Positions 18,274-28,398 of a DNA stretch of 64,000 bases are shown piece by piece; the stretch's first letter is position 1, and each line of letters begins with the position of its first letter. Position numbers and translations under genes: made by a program. Where the stretch lies: the NCBI GenBank assembly GCA_020353515.1, contig CP070695.1, positions 1,303,637 through 1,367,636 of the forward strand. Direction: 5' to 3'. Origin of the DNA: Candidatus Heimdallarchaeota archaeon. GTDB taxonomy: Archaea > Asgardarchaeota > Heimdallarchaeia > Hodarchaeales > Hodarchaeaceae. A model generated the notes under the pieces. The model was not told the origin of the DNA, did not search any database, and saw only the letters and a list, made by a program, of their open reading frames with translations.

Positions 18274-19113
18274 TTATTTGTAATTCAACTGGTCTTCAAG
18301 TTTGCTGAAAGTGATCATAATAGCTTCCTCTAGTCGAAGGGAGCGAGTTCCATAGTTTTGTAAAATATTAAAGCAGTGATCGAACAAATCACTTACTTTT
18401 TTACCTTCTGCTTTAACCATCTCTGGGATCCCTTGGTAAGGTCCCCCAAAAGCTATCAGATAACTATCATTTCTCCCCATATCTGCGGAAAATGATGAGA
18501 TTGGTTGACAAGATCTTGAAGTAGCAATTTTAAACCCTGATCGGTTGACAAGTGATTTACCAAGAGTTGTGGTTGAGGTGTGAACCGAGAATCCCCAATA
18601 AAGATTTTCTGGCGCCTTAGGAAGAACAATTGCTTTGAACCCGTCTTTAGTCTTTCGTATTTTTGTTGTAACACGTAGTGTCTTGTTTAATAATGATTTA
18701 CTTGGGGGAGAAATAACTTCAAGGAGCTGTGTCCCCCCCACGTCCGCTACTACACGATTTTGATTTAGAAAAATGGCTGCTTCTCTAATTTCGTCTGATT
18801 TTAGCTCTCGAGAGCGAATGTGGTGTGGCGTTGCTAGTGGGGAGAGAATACCAACTGCAGAAGTATCACGGGAGAGGGGAAACAATCTTTTTCGAAGGTA
18901 CTGGGGACATTCAACATATTGAAGAATTCGTGTAATTATTCGCCTTTCACGACCTGCTCGTGTGGGTTTAAGAAAAGGGTCATGATAAACAAGTATATCT
19001 TGAACTCGGAAGATTGCGGCAATTCGTGCTATTTGAAAGATTTTTTCGGTTTTTGTACGGATATCTGTGCAGTCCAGAACAGCAGAATCAGGGATAGCGA
19101 TTGTAATTTGCAA
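18274..19113 (-). CDS. SPOUT-class RNA methyltransferase (MTH1/SPOUT1 family)
   Basis: ARIAAIFRV, ECPQYLRKRLFP, PLATPHH, IATSR, AFGGP, RSLRLEEAI. Confidence 0.9.
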   Translation of the reverse strand: MQITIAIPDSAVLDCTDIRTKTEKIFQIARIAAIFRVQDILVYHDPFLKPTRAGRERRIITRILQYVECPQYLRKRLFPLSRDTSAVGILSPLATPHHIRSRELKSDEIREAAIFLNQNRVVADVGGTQLLEVISPPSKSLLNKTLRVTTKIRKTKDGFKAIVLPKAPENLYWGFSVHTSTTTLGKSLVNRSGFKIATSRSCQPISSFSADMGRNDSYLIAFGGPYQGIPEMVKAEGKKVSDLFDHCFNILQNYGTRSLRLEEAIMITFSKLEDQLNYK

Positions 19114-19200
19114 TTGAATTTTTCACTTCTAGAGTCTAAACACTATGAAAGTCAAATGGGATGTAATTATCCAATAATTCGAAACATGGGATTAAAAATT

Positions 19201-20085
19201 CTAAGATAGGTTATTTTCATAATAATAATCTACATATGCTCTAATAACGTCTTTTTGATTAATAATCCCGAGAAGCTTGCCATCTGCGCTTACTACAGGA
19301 AGTTGATCGAATTGTTTTGAGCTCATTTTCCTCGCTACCTCACTAATTGTACTCCCCTTATAACATACTTCAACGTTTCGTTCCATTATCTCGCTTACTG
19401 TCATATTTGAAGGTAAAGTTAAAGTTTTTGAGCCAATAATTAGCACAGATTCACTATCCCAAGAGGAACTATCATTTTCAGCCCCGTGTCCCGTTCGGCT
19501 TTTACTTTGGGAGTCAAAAATTTCCATCACCTTAAGAAAATCATGTTGCGTGATTAATCCCACCATTTGGGTCTCATCGATCACAGGAATTCCTTTTTGA
19601 TGACTCAAACGAAAAATAGATGCTGCTGCTGGAAGAGGTGTTTTTTCCCAGATTACAGTAATATTTGGGGAGAAATAACTTTCTACATCGGATTGGATTC
19701 TAGCTGGAACCACGACTTTTTTAACCAGATCATTTCGCGATACTAAGCCAAGAAGTGATTTATCATCTTCATCTACGATGGGGATTCTTTGAAAAACTTC
19801 TCGGATAAAAATCCGAGCCGCATTTATTGCTTTATCATTAGGCTTTAGTGTGACAACATCACGAACCATCAATAAAGAAAGCTGGGTTTCATCTGGATTT
19901 CGAAAAAGATCAGAGCGAGACACAATACCAGCAAGTTCGTCTGAACCTTTCTTTAAAACAGGATAAACACTAAGTCCTGTTTCCCGTATCTTATCTAATA
20001 AAATATCTCTATTCCCAGGAATGGTTATGGTAACAAGGTCCTCTCTCTTTGTCATAATTCTGGAAATTGGAAAGTCTTTAACCAA
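19201..20085 (-). CDS. CBS-domain protein (four CBS motifs)
   Basis: Repeated PV...L.GIVS..D motifs. Confidence 0.88.
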   Translation of the reverse strand: MVKDFPISRIMTKREDLVTITIPGNRDILLDKIRETGLSVYPVLKKGSDELAGIVSRSDLFRNPDETQLSLLMVRDVVTLKPNDKAINAARIFIREVFQRIPIVDEDDKSLLGLVSRNDLVKKVVVPARIQSDVESYFSPNITVIWEKTPLPAAASIFRLSHQKGIPVIDETQMVGLITQHDFLKVMEIFDSQSKSRTGHGAENDSSSWDSESVLIIGSKTLTLPSNMTVSEIMERNVEVCYKGSTISEVARKMSSKQFDQLPVVSADGKLLGIINQKDVIRAYVDYYYENNLS

Positions 20086-20190
20086 TTGTTGTCACCTATT
20101 AAATAATTTTTTTGTTTCTCAGAAAATCAGTATTTTTCAATTCCCCGATGAAGAAATGACTGGATGATCATATAAAAGCAAAAATTATTA

Positions 20191-20376
20191 TCAAGCGTTA
20201 AGTGTAAGTAAGTTCAATACCAAAATTATAGCTACAAATGCAACGGCCAACACTACAGTCCAATATGGCCCCATCTTTAAACCTGGGGAGTCTGATTCAG
20301 AATAGAACCGGATTAATCCTGCACCTGTAGCAGGCATTGGAGAATCCTCTCGACGCTTAGATTTTCTAACACTCAA
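20191..20376 (-). CDS. sec61b: Preprotein translocase subunit Sec61beta
   Basis: PATGAGLIRFY.E.DSPGLKMGP followed by a single C-terminal TM. Confidence 0.92.
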   Translation of the reverse strand: MSVRKSKRREDSPMPATGAGLIRFYSESDSPGLKMGPYWTVVLAVAFVAIILVLNLLTLNA

Positions 20377-20689
20377 TATTGATACACCTTTTTTAGGTAA
20401 ACATTGTACCTCGTGTGAATTAATAGTTTTTGATTAAAGGCCCAAGTTGTATACTGGTAAAATATCATCCCAGTAAAACCATGAGATTCATCAGTAATTT
20501 CAATACTAACCTAGACATATCCTTGGACGTAATAAATATATTGTCTCTGATACCAAACTTCATTTATCACTTATGAAGTTTTACATGATGACGTCAAGTT
20601 TATTCATTGTTATCAGATTTTTTTCAGATTTGTCAAAAAAGTCTCCCTTGATTTGTTTAAGATTAAGAAAAAGACATAAATTCGAAATA

Positions 20690-21466
20690 TTAGCTCCAAA
20701 TACCTACTATTTTTGCCTTAATCGTGATCAATCGCCACCACATCCAATCTAACCAATCAGCGAATTGATCAATGATCGGTACTGGTCCAATTTTCTCAAT
20801 CACAAATGCAAAGAAGATTGTACCAAAAAAACCAATAATTTTAGACGAGACATCATGGGCCCAATAAAAGGCTTCTTGCGGATCCATGTGAAATTGAGTG
20901 ATGAGAATATAGACACACCATAGATGGAAAGTAATTCTTAAAGCATTTCCAATAAAGAGAGCAATAAAGAAAGCAAGGCTAGCGCGTATCTTCGCAATCC
21001 ATGGTGCCTCAGTTACCATAATGATAGCGATAAGTAATCCTCCAGCTTGCATTCCTGTACAAGCCTTAACAATCCAATAATCTCCATCAGGAAGAGGATC
21101 TGCATATGGAATCCGAATCCCTGGTGTCTGAACCGTTGCTTCCAGAAACGGAAAGGATCCACCTCTCAATGATTCAGGGATTATTGTACTAGGGTCAGTT
21201 GTAGGGATTAGGTAATTTTCTATTCTTAAAATATTCAATAGTACATGGATTATGTCACGAGTTGGAATTTCTATAAATACCCAATCAGGCAAAGTGTATA
21301 TTAAGAAGGTAATAACTGAAGCAATCAACAAAGTCATTATCATAAGTTTGTCATTATGAAATCGTTTCGTGGTAGTCTCGCGGTGTGGTTTGGTTATTGC
21401 CCCATCTGGAGATTTAGCTTCATGAGGGTAACCAACAGCGGCCGATGTGTGTGTTTTGCTTGTCAT
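20690..21466 (-). CDS. Archaeosortase/exosortase family transpeptidase
   Basis: Multi-TM protein with IVKACTG (Cys), GNALRI (Arg) and WAHD (His) triad motifs. Confidence 0.8.
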   Translation of the reverse strand: MTSKTHTSAAVGYPHEAKSPDGAITKPHRETTTKRFHNDKLMIMTLLIASVITFLIYTLPDWVFIEIPTRDIIHVLLNILRIENYLIPTTDPSTIIPESLRGGSFPFLEATVQTPGIRIPYADPLPDGDYWIVKACTGMQAGGLLIAIIMVTEAPWIAKIRASLAFFIALFIGNALRITFHLWCVYILITQFHMDPQEAFYWAHDVSSKIIGFFGTIFFAFVIEKIGPVPIIDQFADWLDWMWWRLITIKAKIVGIWS

Positions 21467-21663
21467 ATAGCTCGATCTCTATTTAATTAGACTGAATGAA
21501 CTGAAATAGCTTCATTTAAAATCTTTATTCTTCGAAGAGAAATATTGATTTCATCCTTGATTCTAGATAGCAGATTTACTCCAACCTCCAGTCGTTTTCC
21601 CCTTTTTACACATGAATACATTAAATAGCCCGTGGTTAAAGAAAAAACGAAATCTAATTTATT

Positions 21664-23277
21664 TCAAGATGATTGAAATTTCTTAGGATCCTTGAGGCAG
21701 TACCAGCCATATTTCACAGCACAGATCTCTTTCTCTACTAAATCTCGTAAAACTTGTTTTATTTGTTCTTTGGGAAGTTTAACGTCTGATGTAAGAAGAT
21801 TTGACTGCGCTTTGTAATGAGGTCGTTGTAAAAGTGCTTTGATTACTTGTTCTTCCGATGGAGTAAGATCAATATTTTTAGGGATTTTATATTGGATAGT
21901 TTCTTTCACTTGGTCAAGTGTTGACCCTCGTTTATGTTCAAGAATATGTTTGTCTTTTAGAATGTACCAACCGTATGAAACCCTTAAAATACCCTTATCA
22001 ACCAGATTTCTTAAAACTTCTTTTAGAACGCTTTGTTTCAAGCCCGTTGGTCGTGTGAGGAGGTTTGATTGTGCTTTAAGGTTTGGTCTTGACTTAATTG
22101 CTTTGATAGTGGCAATTTCTTCGGGTGTTAACCCTTCCCCAACTCGAGAAATCCGCGGTGATTTCTTTTTCTTCTTTTTTCTCTCACCATCACTAAAAGT
22201 TTTCTTAAAAAAAGGCAAATGGCTTTTTTTGATTATGTACCATCCAACTTGTGTTCGAAGTAGTCCCTTTGATATAAGACTCCTTAAATGCATTTCTGCT
22301 TCATCAATGGGGATATTAATATCTTTAGCTAGAATTTCTGGTTTTGTTCGATGTTTAATACGCATATATGTTCGTTCAAGAATTTCCATTTCTGTTTCTG
22401 TTGGTAGGTCTTCCTCCCAATTATCACGTCTAAACAATGAAGTTGTTTGTTTTAAATAGGGTTGAATTGTATGGGAATAGGATTTTTGAGGGGGTATTGG
22501 ATGAAATATGTCAGCTTCTGCATCGTCATCTGAGTCTTCATCCTCTTCGGTAGAATCTTCATATTCAATAATATCAGAGTCTAAATCAGACGAAGAACTT
22601 GTAGAAAATGGAACTTCTGTTTCAACAGATACTTCTCCTACTTGAGTATCTTTTTTTTCAATCAAATTATCTGAGAATTCTAATTCAGGAGACAACTGAT
22701 CTTTTAACAGAGTAGTATTTTTTTTCTCTGAAACAATGTTTCTTGATGTTATAACGGGAAGATCAGGGGATTGTGTACTTATACGAGGCATTTTTTTAGA
22801 GATTTGTTGATTGTATGATTCTCGATCATTTGAATGGATCGAATTAGAGCTGAAAACGAGCGTTTTTTGAGTTGTACTAATTGAATATTCCTGGTTATCT
22901 ATGAGTGTTAATATCTGGCCAGTCAATGTATCAAATGGTGAGCCGATACCTTCAGCTTCAATAATGAGAGAATCAGCAGCTTTTGTGGTAAGAAAATATT
23001 TGACCCTAATTTTCCTTAAACTCAATTGATTTAAGTTAAAAAATTCCTGAATTTCTCGATTCATTACAGTTGATTCATCACCATGAATTTCAAGAGTATA
23101 ATCTTGTTCTGAGCGGTTTTCTTCAATATAGAAAACAAGACTTGGAAAGTCAGGAATTCTAGGAGTAGCGTGCACACTGTTATCAATGAATTCGATTTCA
23201 CGGAATCGTCCACGCGCTTTCAAGAAATTTACAAAATCATTTAAAACGGTATTTTGACGATACACAAAAACACACAA
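21664..23277 (-). CDS. Hypothetical protein with acidic linker and three C-terminal winged-helix repeats
   Basis: Three ~60-aa repeats, (P/L)T..E...I..........L...........LR.L..K.......GWY.(I/L)K; D/E-rich tract; Lys-rich linker. Confidence 0.75.
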   Translation of the reverse strand: MCVFVYRQNTVLNDFVNFLKARGRFREIEFIDNSVHATPRIPDFPSLVFYIEENRSEQDYTLEIHGDESTVMNREIQEFFNLNQLSLRKIRVKYFLTTKAADSLIIEAEGIGSPFDTLTGQILTLIDNQEYSISTTQKTLVFSSNSIHSNDRESYNQQISKKMPRISTQSPDLPVITSRNIVSEKKNTTLLKDQLSPELEFSDNLIEKKDTQVGEVSVETEVPFSTSSSSDLDSDIIEYEDSTEEDEDSDDDAEADIFHPIPPQKSYSHTIQPYLKQTTSLFRRDNWEEDLPTETEMEILERTYMRIKHRTKPEILAKDINIPIDEAEMHLRSLISKGLLRTQVGWYIIKKSHLPFFKKTFSDGERKKKKKKSPRISRVGEGLTPEEIATIKAIKSRPNLKAQSNLLTRPTGLKQSVLKEVLRNLVDKGILRVSYGWYILKDKHILEHKRGSTLDQVKETIQYKIPKNIDLTPSEEQVIKALLQRPHYKAQSNLLTSDVKLPKEQIKQVLRDLVEKEICAVKYGWYCLKDPKKFQSS

Positions 23278-23567
23278 ATCCCATTAAATGTGGAATAAAG
23301 CCCAATTGAGAAACGGTAATAGAGATAATCCGACTAGAAGCTCTTTTGTATCGTCTTGAAAAACTTTTTGGTGATTATAAGAAAAATCTCGGTCTTTCAG
23401 AGCATTTCAAAATATATATTTGATTGAAATTTAATTAGAGAATTGGATACAGCATAAAATTCTCAATTTAGGAAGGAAACACGATTATTGAGTAATTATG
23501 AAAGTTTTACTTAAAAAAAGCTGATTTCTGGATCTTTCGTTGAAACAAAAAAATAAAAGAAATATAT

Positions 23568-24035
23568 TCAGCCTCTATTCAATAATTTATCACGAATTTC
23601 TTCCAATGTCAAATCCTTGAGCTCTTTTCGAAGATCTTCTGGAAGGGAAAAAAAAACACTTCTCATTTCACTGAAATTCGATTGATCAGGATGTTGGAGG
23701 ATTTCTTCCCATAAGGCAACATAATCATGGATTGGAATCCCTAAAGGAGTAGGAGAAATCAACCTGTATTCTTTGAAAGGATGCTTTTCTTCTCTTCGTG
23801 TGCTAATTTGTTTTTGGGGGGAAATATTTAGCATTGGTGATTGAATTTGTTCAACCAAGCCAAAATGAAATAACTCACCTAGAACTGCAATCACTGTTGG
23901 CATATCAGCATCAATATTTTGCAAAGATTTGGTAATTTGGGGGATTGTTAATTGCTCAATGGTAAGTAACTGCAATATTGGAACTGTAATCGGATTATCC
24001 AAGAGTTTAGCTAGCTTATTGCGAAACTGCATCAA
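23568..24035 (-). CDS. Hypothetical protein, N-terminal ArsR-like winged-helix appearance
   Basis: LLDNPI...ILQLL..EQLTIPQI...L..L...GLVE pattern. Confidence 0.55.
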   Translation of the reverse strand: MMQFRNKLAKLLDNPITVPILQLLTIEQLTIPQITKSLQNIDADMPTVIAVLGELFHFGLVEQIQSPMLNISPQKQISTRREEKHPFKEYRLISPTPLGIPIHDYVALWEEILQHPDQSNFSEMRSVFFSLPEDLRKELKDLTLEEIRDKLLNRG

Positions 24036-24212
24036 TCGAAAGAGAAATCAATTTAGAATCTTAAATTTACTCTAATCAGTCACATTGGTTTTCTTGCATT
24101 TTAAAAAGACAATTTAAATACAAGAACATTAGACCAGTTATCTGATGTAAGTATTGGCCCATATGTTTTTTCATAGATCGAGCAAATAGCAGGTAGTAAT
24201 AGAGGAGTTAAA

Positions 24213-24920
24213 ATGGTAGAACCCAATGGAAGCGACATAATTGTCGAATGTATTGATTTGAAGAAGTCCTATATTCTAGGGGAAGTGAAAGTGGACGCTT
24301 TAAGGGGAATTAACATGAAAATTGAACGTGGAGAAATGGTCGCTATCCAAGGCCCATCAGGCTGTGGAAAAACGACTTTATTGAATATTATTGGATCACT
24401 AGATTATCCTACTTCTGGAAAAGTACTACTTGAAGGAAAAGAAATCTCAACTGCAAGTGAACGTGAACTCACAGAAATCCGTAGGAAGAGTGTGGGCTTT
24501 ATTTTTCAATTTTACAACCTTTTACCAGTTTTGACTGCATTAGAGAATGTTGAACTACCAATGTTAATTGCAGGAAAAGCCAAAGAACAAAGACATGAAA
24601 GAGCAATGGACTTGCTAGAGAAAGTGGGATTACTTGAAAGAAAAGATCATAAGCCAGATGAGCTAAGCGGTGGGGAACGTCAACGAGTAGCAATAGCTCG
24701 TGCACTCGCTAATCATCCTTTAATCTTATTGGCTGATGAACCCACTGGAGATTTAGATACGGAAACTGGATTAGCAATAATTAAGTTATTGAAAGAAATA
24801 AATAGAACAGAAAATCAAACCTTAATCTTAGTCACTCACGATGGTAATATTGCTAATCAATCAGAGAGAATATTCCACATCATTGACGGATTAATTTCAT
24901 CTGTACAAGAAGTCATTTGA
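24213..24920 (+). CDS. ABC transporter ATP-binding protein, LolD/MacB type (no adjacent permease)
   Basis: GPSGCGKTT, LSGGERQRVAIARA, LADEPTG, VTHD. Confidence 0.93.
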   Translation: MVEPNGSDIIVECIDLKKSYILGEVKVDALRGINMKIERGEMVAIQGPSGCGKTTLLNIIGSLDYPTSGKVLLEGKEISTASERELTEIRRKSVGFIFQFYNLLPVLTALENVELPMLIAGKAKEQRHERAMDLLEKVGLLERKDHKPDELSGGERQRVAIARALANHPLILLADEPTGDLDTETGLAIIKLLKEINRTENQTLILVTHDGNIANQSERIFHIIDGLISSVQEVI

Positions 24921-24942
24921 CAGAATAATAAGACATTTTGAG

Positions 24943-25890
24943 CTAAATGAGTAAAGCACGGAGGGAATCATTGCCGGTTCTTTTAGATTCCTCATCCAAT
25001 ATCTTTATCAGCTCTTTAAATCGGTTTCTTATGGTCACAGGCGTGATTTTTGCTACATTAGCGATCTCCTGTTGGGTTCTACGTTCTCCAGTTTGTATTG
25101 TAGAAATATAGAGAGCCGCTGCAGCAAGGCTCATTGGATTTTTACCCACAGTTGCACCTCTACTTCGTGCAATATTCAAAATTTCTACTGCCTGCCTACG
25201 CGCTTTCATCGTAACACGCAAACTGATGCCTAGACGATGAACTAAAGCAGAATAATCGCTTGGAAACACCTTCAAATCCAGTTTTTGAAGTATTATTCGA
25301 ATACAACGTCCAAGTTCTTTTGATGAAATATTAGAGACCGAAGCAATGTCTTTTAATGTTTGAGGTAATTTTTTTCTACGACAAGCTAGATAGAGACTCG
25401 CTGAAATCATTCCATCAATTGAGCGGCCCCGAATAAGATTCCGTTTCAATGCTTTTCGGTAGATCATTGCCCCCATTTCTGCAACATCTTCGGGGAGCTC
25501 TAGCTGACTTTTGATTCGTTTTAACTCTTTCAACGCAAAACGTAAATTACGGATCTCTGATTTTCGTGTTCGATTATCAATTCGGGACAATCGTCGATAT
25601 TTGGTTTGAGAAGAAAAAGGAAGAGTCTTCCCTGAAATATCTTTTCTAATGTTTCCAATTTGGGTTCGTAAACCCATTTCAGCTTTTAAGGGAGTAATTG
25701 GACTACCTGTGCGAGATCGTTCAGCGAGTTCACTGGAATCATATGCCCGCCATTCAGGGCCCATATCGATTTGCATGTCGAGTACCAGACCACAAGAAGC
25801 ACATATGGATGTCCCTTTGGTAAAGTCCATGACTATATCAACACTACCGCATTCGGGACACTTGGGTTCTTGAGATGCAACAGGCGGCAA
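24943..25890 (-). CDS. tfb: Transcription initiation factor IIB (TFB)
   Basis: Zn ribbon CPEC...CASCG, B-reader GPEWRAY, two cyclin repeats, TPVTIRNR; TTG start after GGAGG. Confidence 0.96.
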   Translation of the reverse strand: MPPVASQEPKCPECGSVDIVMDFTKGTSICASCGLVLDMQIDMGPEWRAYDSSELAERSRTGSPITPLKAEMGLRTQIGNIRKDISGKTLPFSSQTKYRRLSRIDNRTRKSEIRNLRFALKELKRIKSQLELPEDVAEMGAMIYRKALKRNLIRGRSIDGMISASLYLACRRKKLPQTLKDIASVSNISSKELGRCIRIILQKLDLKVFPSDYSALVHRLGISLRVTMKARRQAVEILNIARSRGATVGKNPMSLAAAALYISTIQTGERRTQQEIANVAKITPVTIRNRFKELIKILDEESKRTGNDSLRALLI

Positions 25891-26137
25891 AAAAAGGCCC
25901 TCCTAAATTTTGAGAACTGAATTAGTTCTCATCTCCACCTATACCCTCTATGCTGATTTAAAAGGTTTTGCACATTTCTTTTTGAATTGTTCTAGTAATC
26001 CTATATCCTAAATAATCCATTATGATTATATTTTTTGATAGTAAAAGTTACTAGAAAAACAATTCAACATTTAAATTAATTACTTTAAACTTTTTAGGAG
26101 TACTGTGCCTTCTAACAACGTTTTAAGGAGCTTTACT

Positions 26138-26191
26138 CTGAAAGTCTTTATAAAGACGCTCTCACCTTATAAAGTACCTTTATAAAGTGAG
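26138..26191 (+). promoter_or_regulatory. BRE-TATA promoter of tbp followed by an inverted pair of extra TATA-like boxes
   Basis: CTGAAAGTC-TTTATAAA, containing the perfect palindrome GTCTTTATAAAGAC (26144-26157), then CTCACCTTATAAAG-TAC-CTTTATAAAGTGAG (26161-26191). Confidence 0.55.
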
Positions 26192-26281
26192 GGGAAAGTA
26201 ATATCTTTTGTGTAATTAATCTCCATACCTTTTATTTAGGAGAATTGGTGGGTTTTAGATTAGGTTATTTTGGTGAAGTTT

Positions 26282-26875
26282 ATGTCTGACGATCCAGAAA
26301 GAGATGACTTATTTGCTGAGGTTCAAAATGTTGTAGCTTCAGTTGATTTAAGATGTAAAATAAAATTAGAAAAAGCTGCAAGTCGTCTGCCTGGAGATGT
26401 GCAAGTTTCATACATCCCAGAACAATTCCCTGGAGTTGTAGTCAAGATCAAAAAACCCAAGGTTTCAATCTTAGTTTTTTCCTCAGGGAAGTTAGTTGTT
26501 ACAGGAGCAAAATCAGTCCCTATGATTGAGGAAGCAGTTGAAGTAATTTCTGAGTTACTCAGACAAGCAGGACATAATGTTAAACATGAAGCTACTATAA
26601 CAGTACAGAATATTGTTGCCTCAGGAACATTAGGGAAAAGAATCAATTTAGAGCTCGCTGCATTATTGCTAGAGCATTCAATGTACGAACCTGAGCAATT
26701 TCCAGGATTAATATATCGAATGCAAGACCCAAAAGTTGTTCTTCTCCTTTTTCAGTCAGGAAAGCTTGTGTGTACTGGTGCGAAAAAAGAAGAATATGTA
26801 TATCAGTCAATTCATAAAATATTTGGGATTCTTGAAGAGATAGATGCATTTGAAGTAAGCGGGGTTCAATTTTAG
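26282..26875 (+). CDS. tbp: TATA-box binding protein
   Basis: Two repeats, QNVVAS/QNIVAS, Y.PEQFPG, F.SGKLV.TGAK. Confidence 0.97.
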   Translation: MSDDPERDDLFAEVQNVVASVDLRCKIKLEKAASRLPGDVQVSYIPEQFPGVVVKIKKPKVSILVFSSGKLVVTGAKSVPMIEEAVEVISELLRQAGHNVKHEATITVQNIVASGTLGKRINLELAALLLEHSMYEPEQFPGLIYRMQDPKVVLLLFQSGKLVCTGAKKEEYVYQSIHKIFGILEEIDAFEVSGVQF

Positions 26876-28398
26876 ATCAAATCTTTGCGAATGAAGTCAA
26901 ATCCCTCTTGTATTGCAATAGGGACGTGTCGTAGAAGATTTGAGAGGTTAAAATCCTTTTTCACAAGTTCCCCTGCCCTACCGTTGATGTATGTTCCGAT
27001 ACAGGCAGCATAGAAAGCTATTTCTGTTTGTGTAAGAAATCCAGCAATTAGACCAGCCAAAACATCACCTGTTCCTCCCCTTGTCATTTGAGCTGTCCCT
27101 GTTTTATTGATTTTAATTCGGTTAGTATTATCAGTAACGATATCCCAATGGCCTTTGATTACCCACACATTTGGAAATTGGGTCGAAACCTCCTTAACCA
27201 ACTGACATCGTTTATGAAATTCATGAGCACCTGCAGGGATAGGGATATCTGTAATTGCAGCAAATTCTCCAGCATGGGGCGTTAATATCGTTTTAGATGA
27301 AACTTCCGCCATGTCTAGAAGTTTGAGTGCATCTGCATCTATCACAATTGGTTTTTTTAATTGGTTAACTAAGGATAAAACCTTTGAGACTGCTATTTTA
27401 GTATCTGGATGTTGTCCTAGTCCTGGTCCTAGAACAGTAACGTCATTTTGTTCAATTAACTCTTTTGAGAGTGATTCTTCAGTTAAGTGTGGAGACGGAT
27501 AGTCATAGACAATAAATTCAGGTGAATAGGATCGAATAACATTACTAATTTTCTGTGGGGCTAAGATTGATACCAAATCCACTCCTGATTGGATAGCTCC
27601 CATTCCAGAAAGTGCAGGAGCGCCAGAATATGTCTCACTTCCTCCAATGACCAAAATTCTCCCATTATCTCCCTTTTTCGACCAAAAACTACGGGATTTA
27701 AGAGCTAATAAATCACCTGGTCCAATAATCTTTTCAGCTTCAGGTGGAACCCCTATTGGGATAATTCGTAGTTTTCCTGAATTCTTTGCATTCAATCCTC
27801 GCTTTTGTTTGTGAAATATTCCTGTATGTTGTGGAGTTAAGAATATATTCGCAGTATCCCCCGTATCTGGATCAATCCCAGTAGGGGTATCTGCACTAAT
27901 TACAATAGCGCCCTTTTCCTGCCATCTCTTAATTGATTGTAGTAATGTAGTTAATGGCTCTCTTAAAATACCTTTTATTCCTGTACCAAGTATACAATCT
28001 ACAATCAAAGTATTTGAATCTATATCCAGAGATTTTACATCCTCAATTTGTTTAAGTTCAAAAATTTTAATAGATTCAGACATGTTTTGCAATATTTTCC
28101 AATTTTGAAGTGTTGACCGCTTTGTAATGTCTTTATGCGACCCTATTAAATATAGACGGATTGGTAGATTCTTGCGTGAAAGATGTCGAGCTGCCACCAT
28201 TCCATCCCCTCCATTTCCGCCTTTTCCAGCAAGGATTACAATGTCAGATGGTTTATTCATAGAACTAAAAATTTCCCAAACAAGTTCTGCTAGTCCTCCC
28301 CCAGCATTTTCCATTAAAATAATACGGTTTACTCCAAGATATTCTGAGTTTACATCTGTAATACTCATTTCAAGAGTAGAGATCTTCTCTGAATTCAC
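26872..28398 (-). CDS. nnr: Bifunctional NAD(P)H-hydrate epimerase/dehydratase
   Basis: LMENAG, GKGGNGGDG, D.ILGTG, GGSETYSGAP, VIDADAL, LTPHAGEF, GGTGDVLAG. Confidence 0.93.
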   Translation of the reverse strand: MNSEKISTLEMSITDVNSEYLGVNRIILMENAGGGLAELVWEIFSSMNKPSDIVILAGKGGNGGDGMVAARHLSRKNLPIRLYLIGSHKDITKRSTLQNWKILQNMSESIKIFELKQIEDVKSLDIDSNTLIVDCILGTGIKGILREPLTTLLQSIKRWQEKGAIVISADTPTGIDPDTGDTANIFLTPQHTGIFHKQKRGLNAKNSGKLRIIPIGVPPEAEKIIGPGDLLALKSRSFWSKKGDNGRILVIGGSETYSGAPALSGMGAIQSGVDLVSILAPQKISNVIRSYSPEFIVYDYPSPHLTEESLSKELIEQNDVTVLGPGLGQHPDTKIAVSKVLSLVNQLKKPIVIDADALKLLDMAEVSSKTILTPHAGEFAAITDIPIPAGAHEFHKRCQLVKEVSTQFPNVWVIKGHWDIVTDNTNRIKINKTGTAQMTRGGTGDVLAGLIAGFLTQTEIAFYAACIGTYINGRAGELVKKDFNLSNLLRHVPIAIQEGFDFIRKDLI

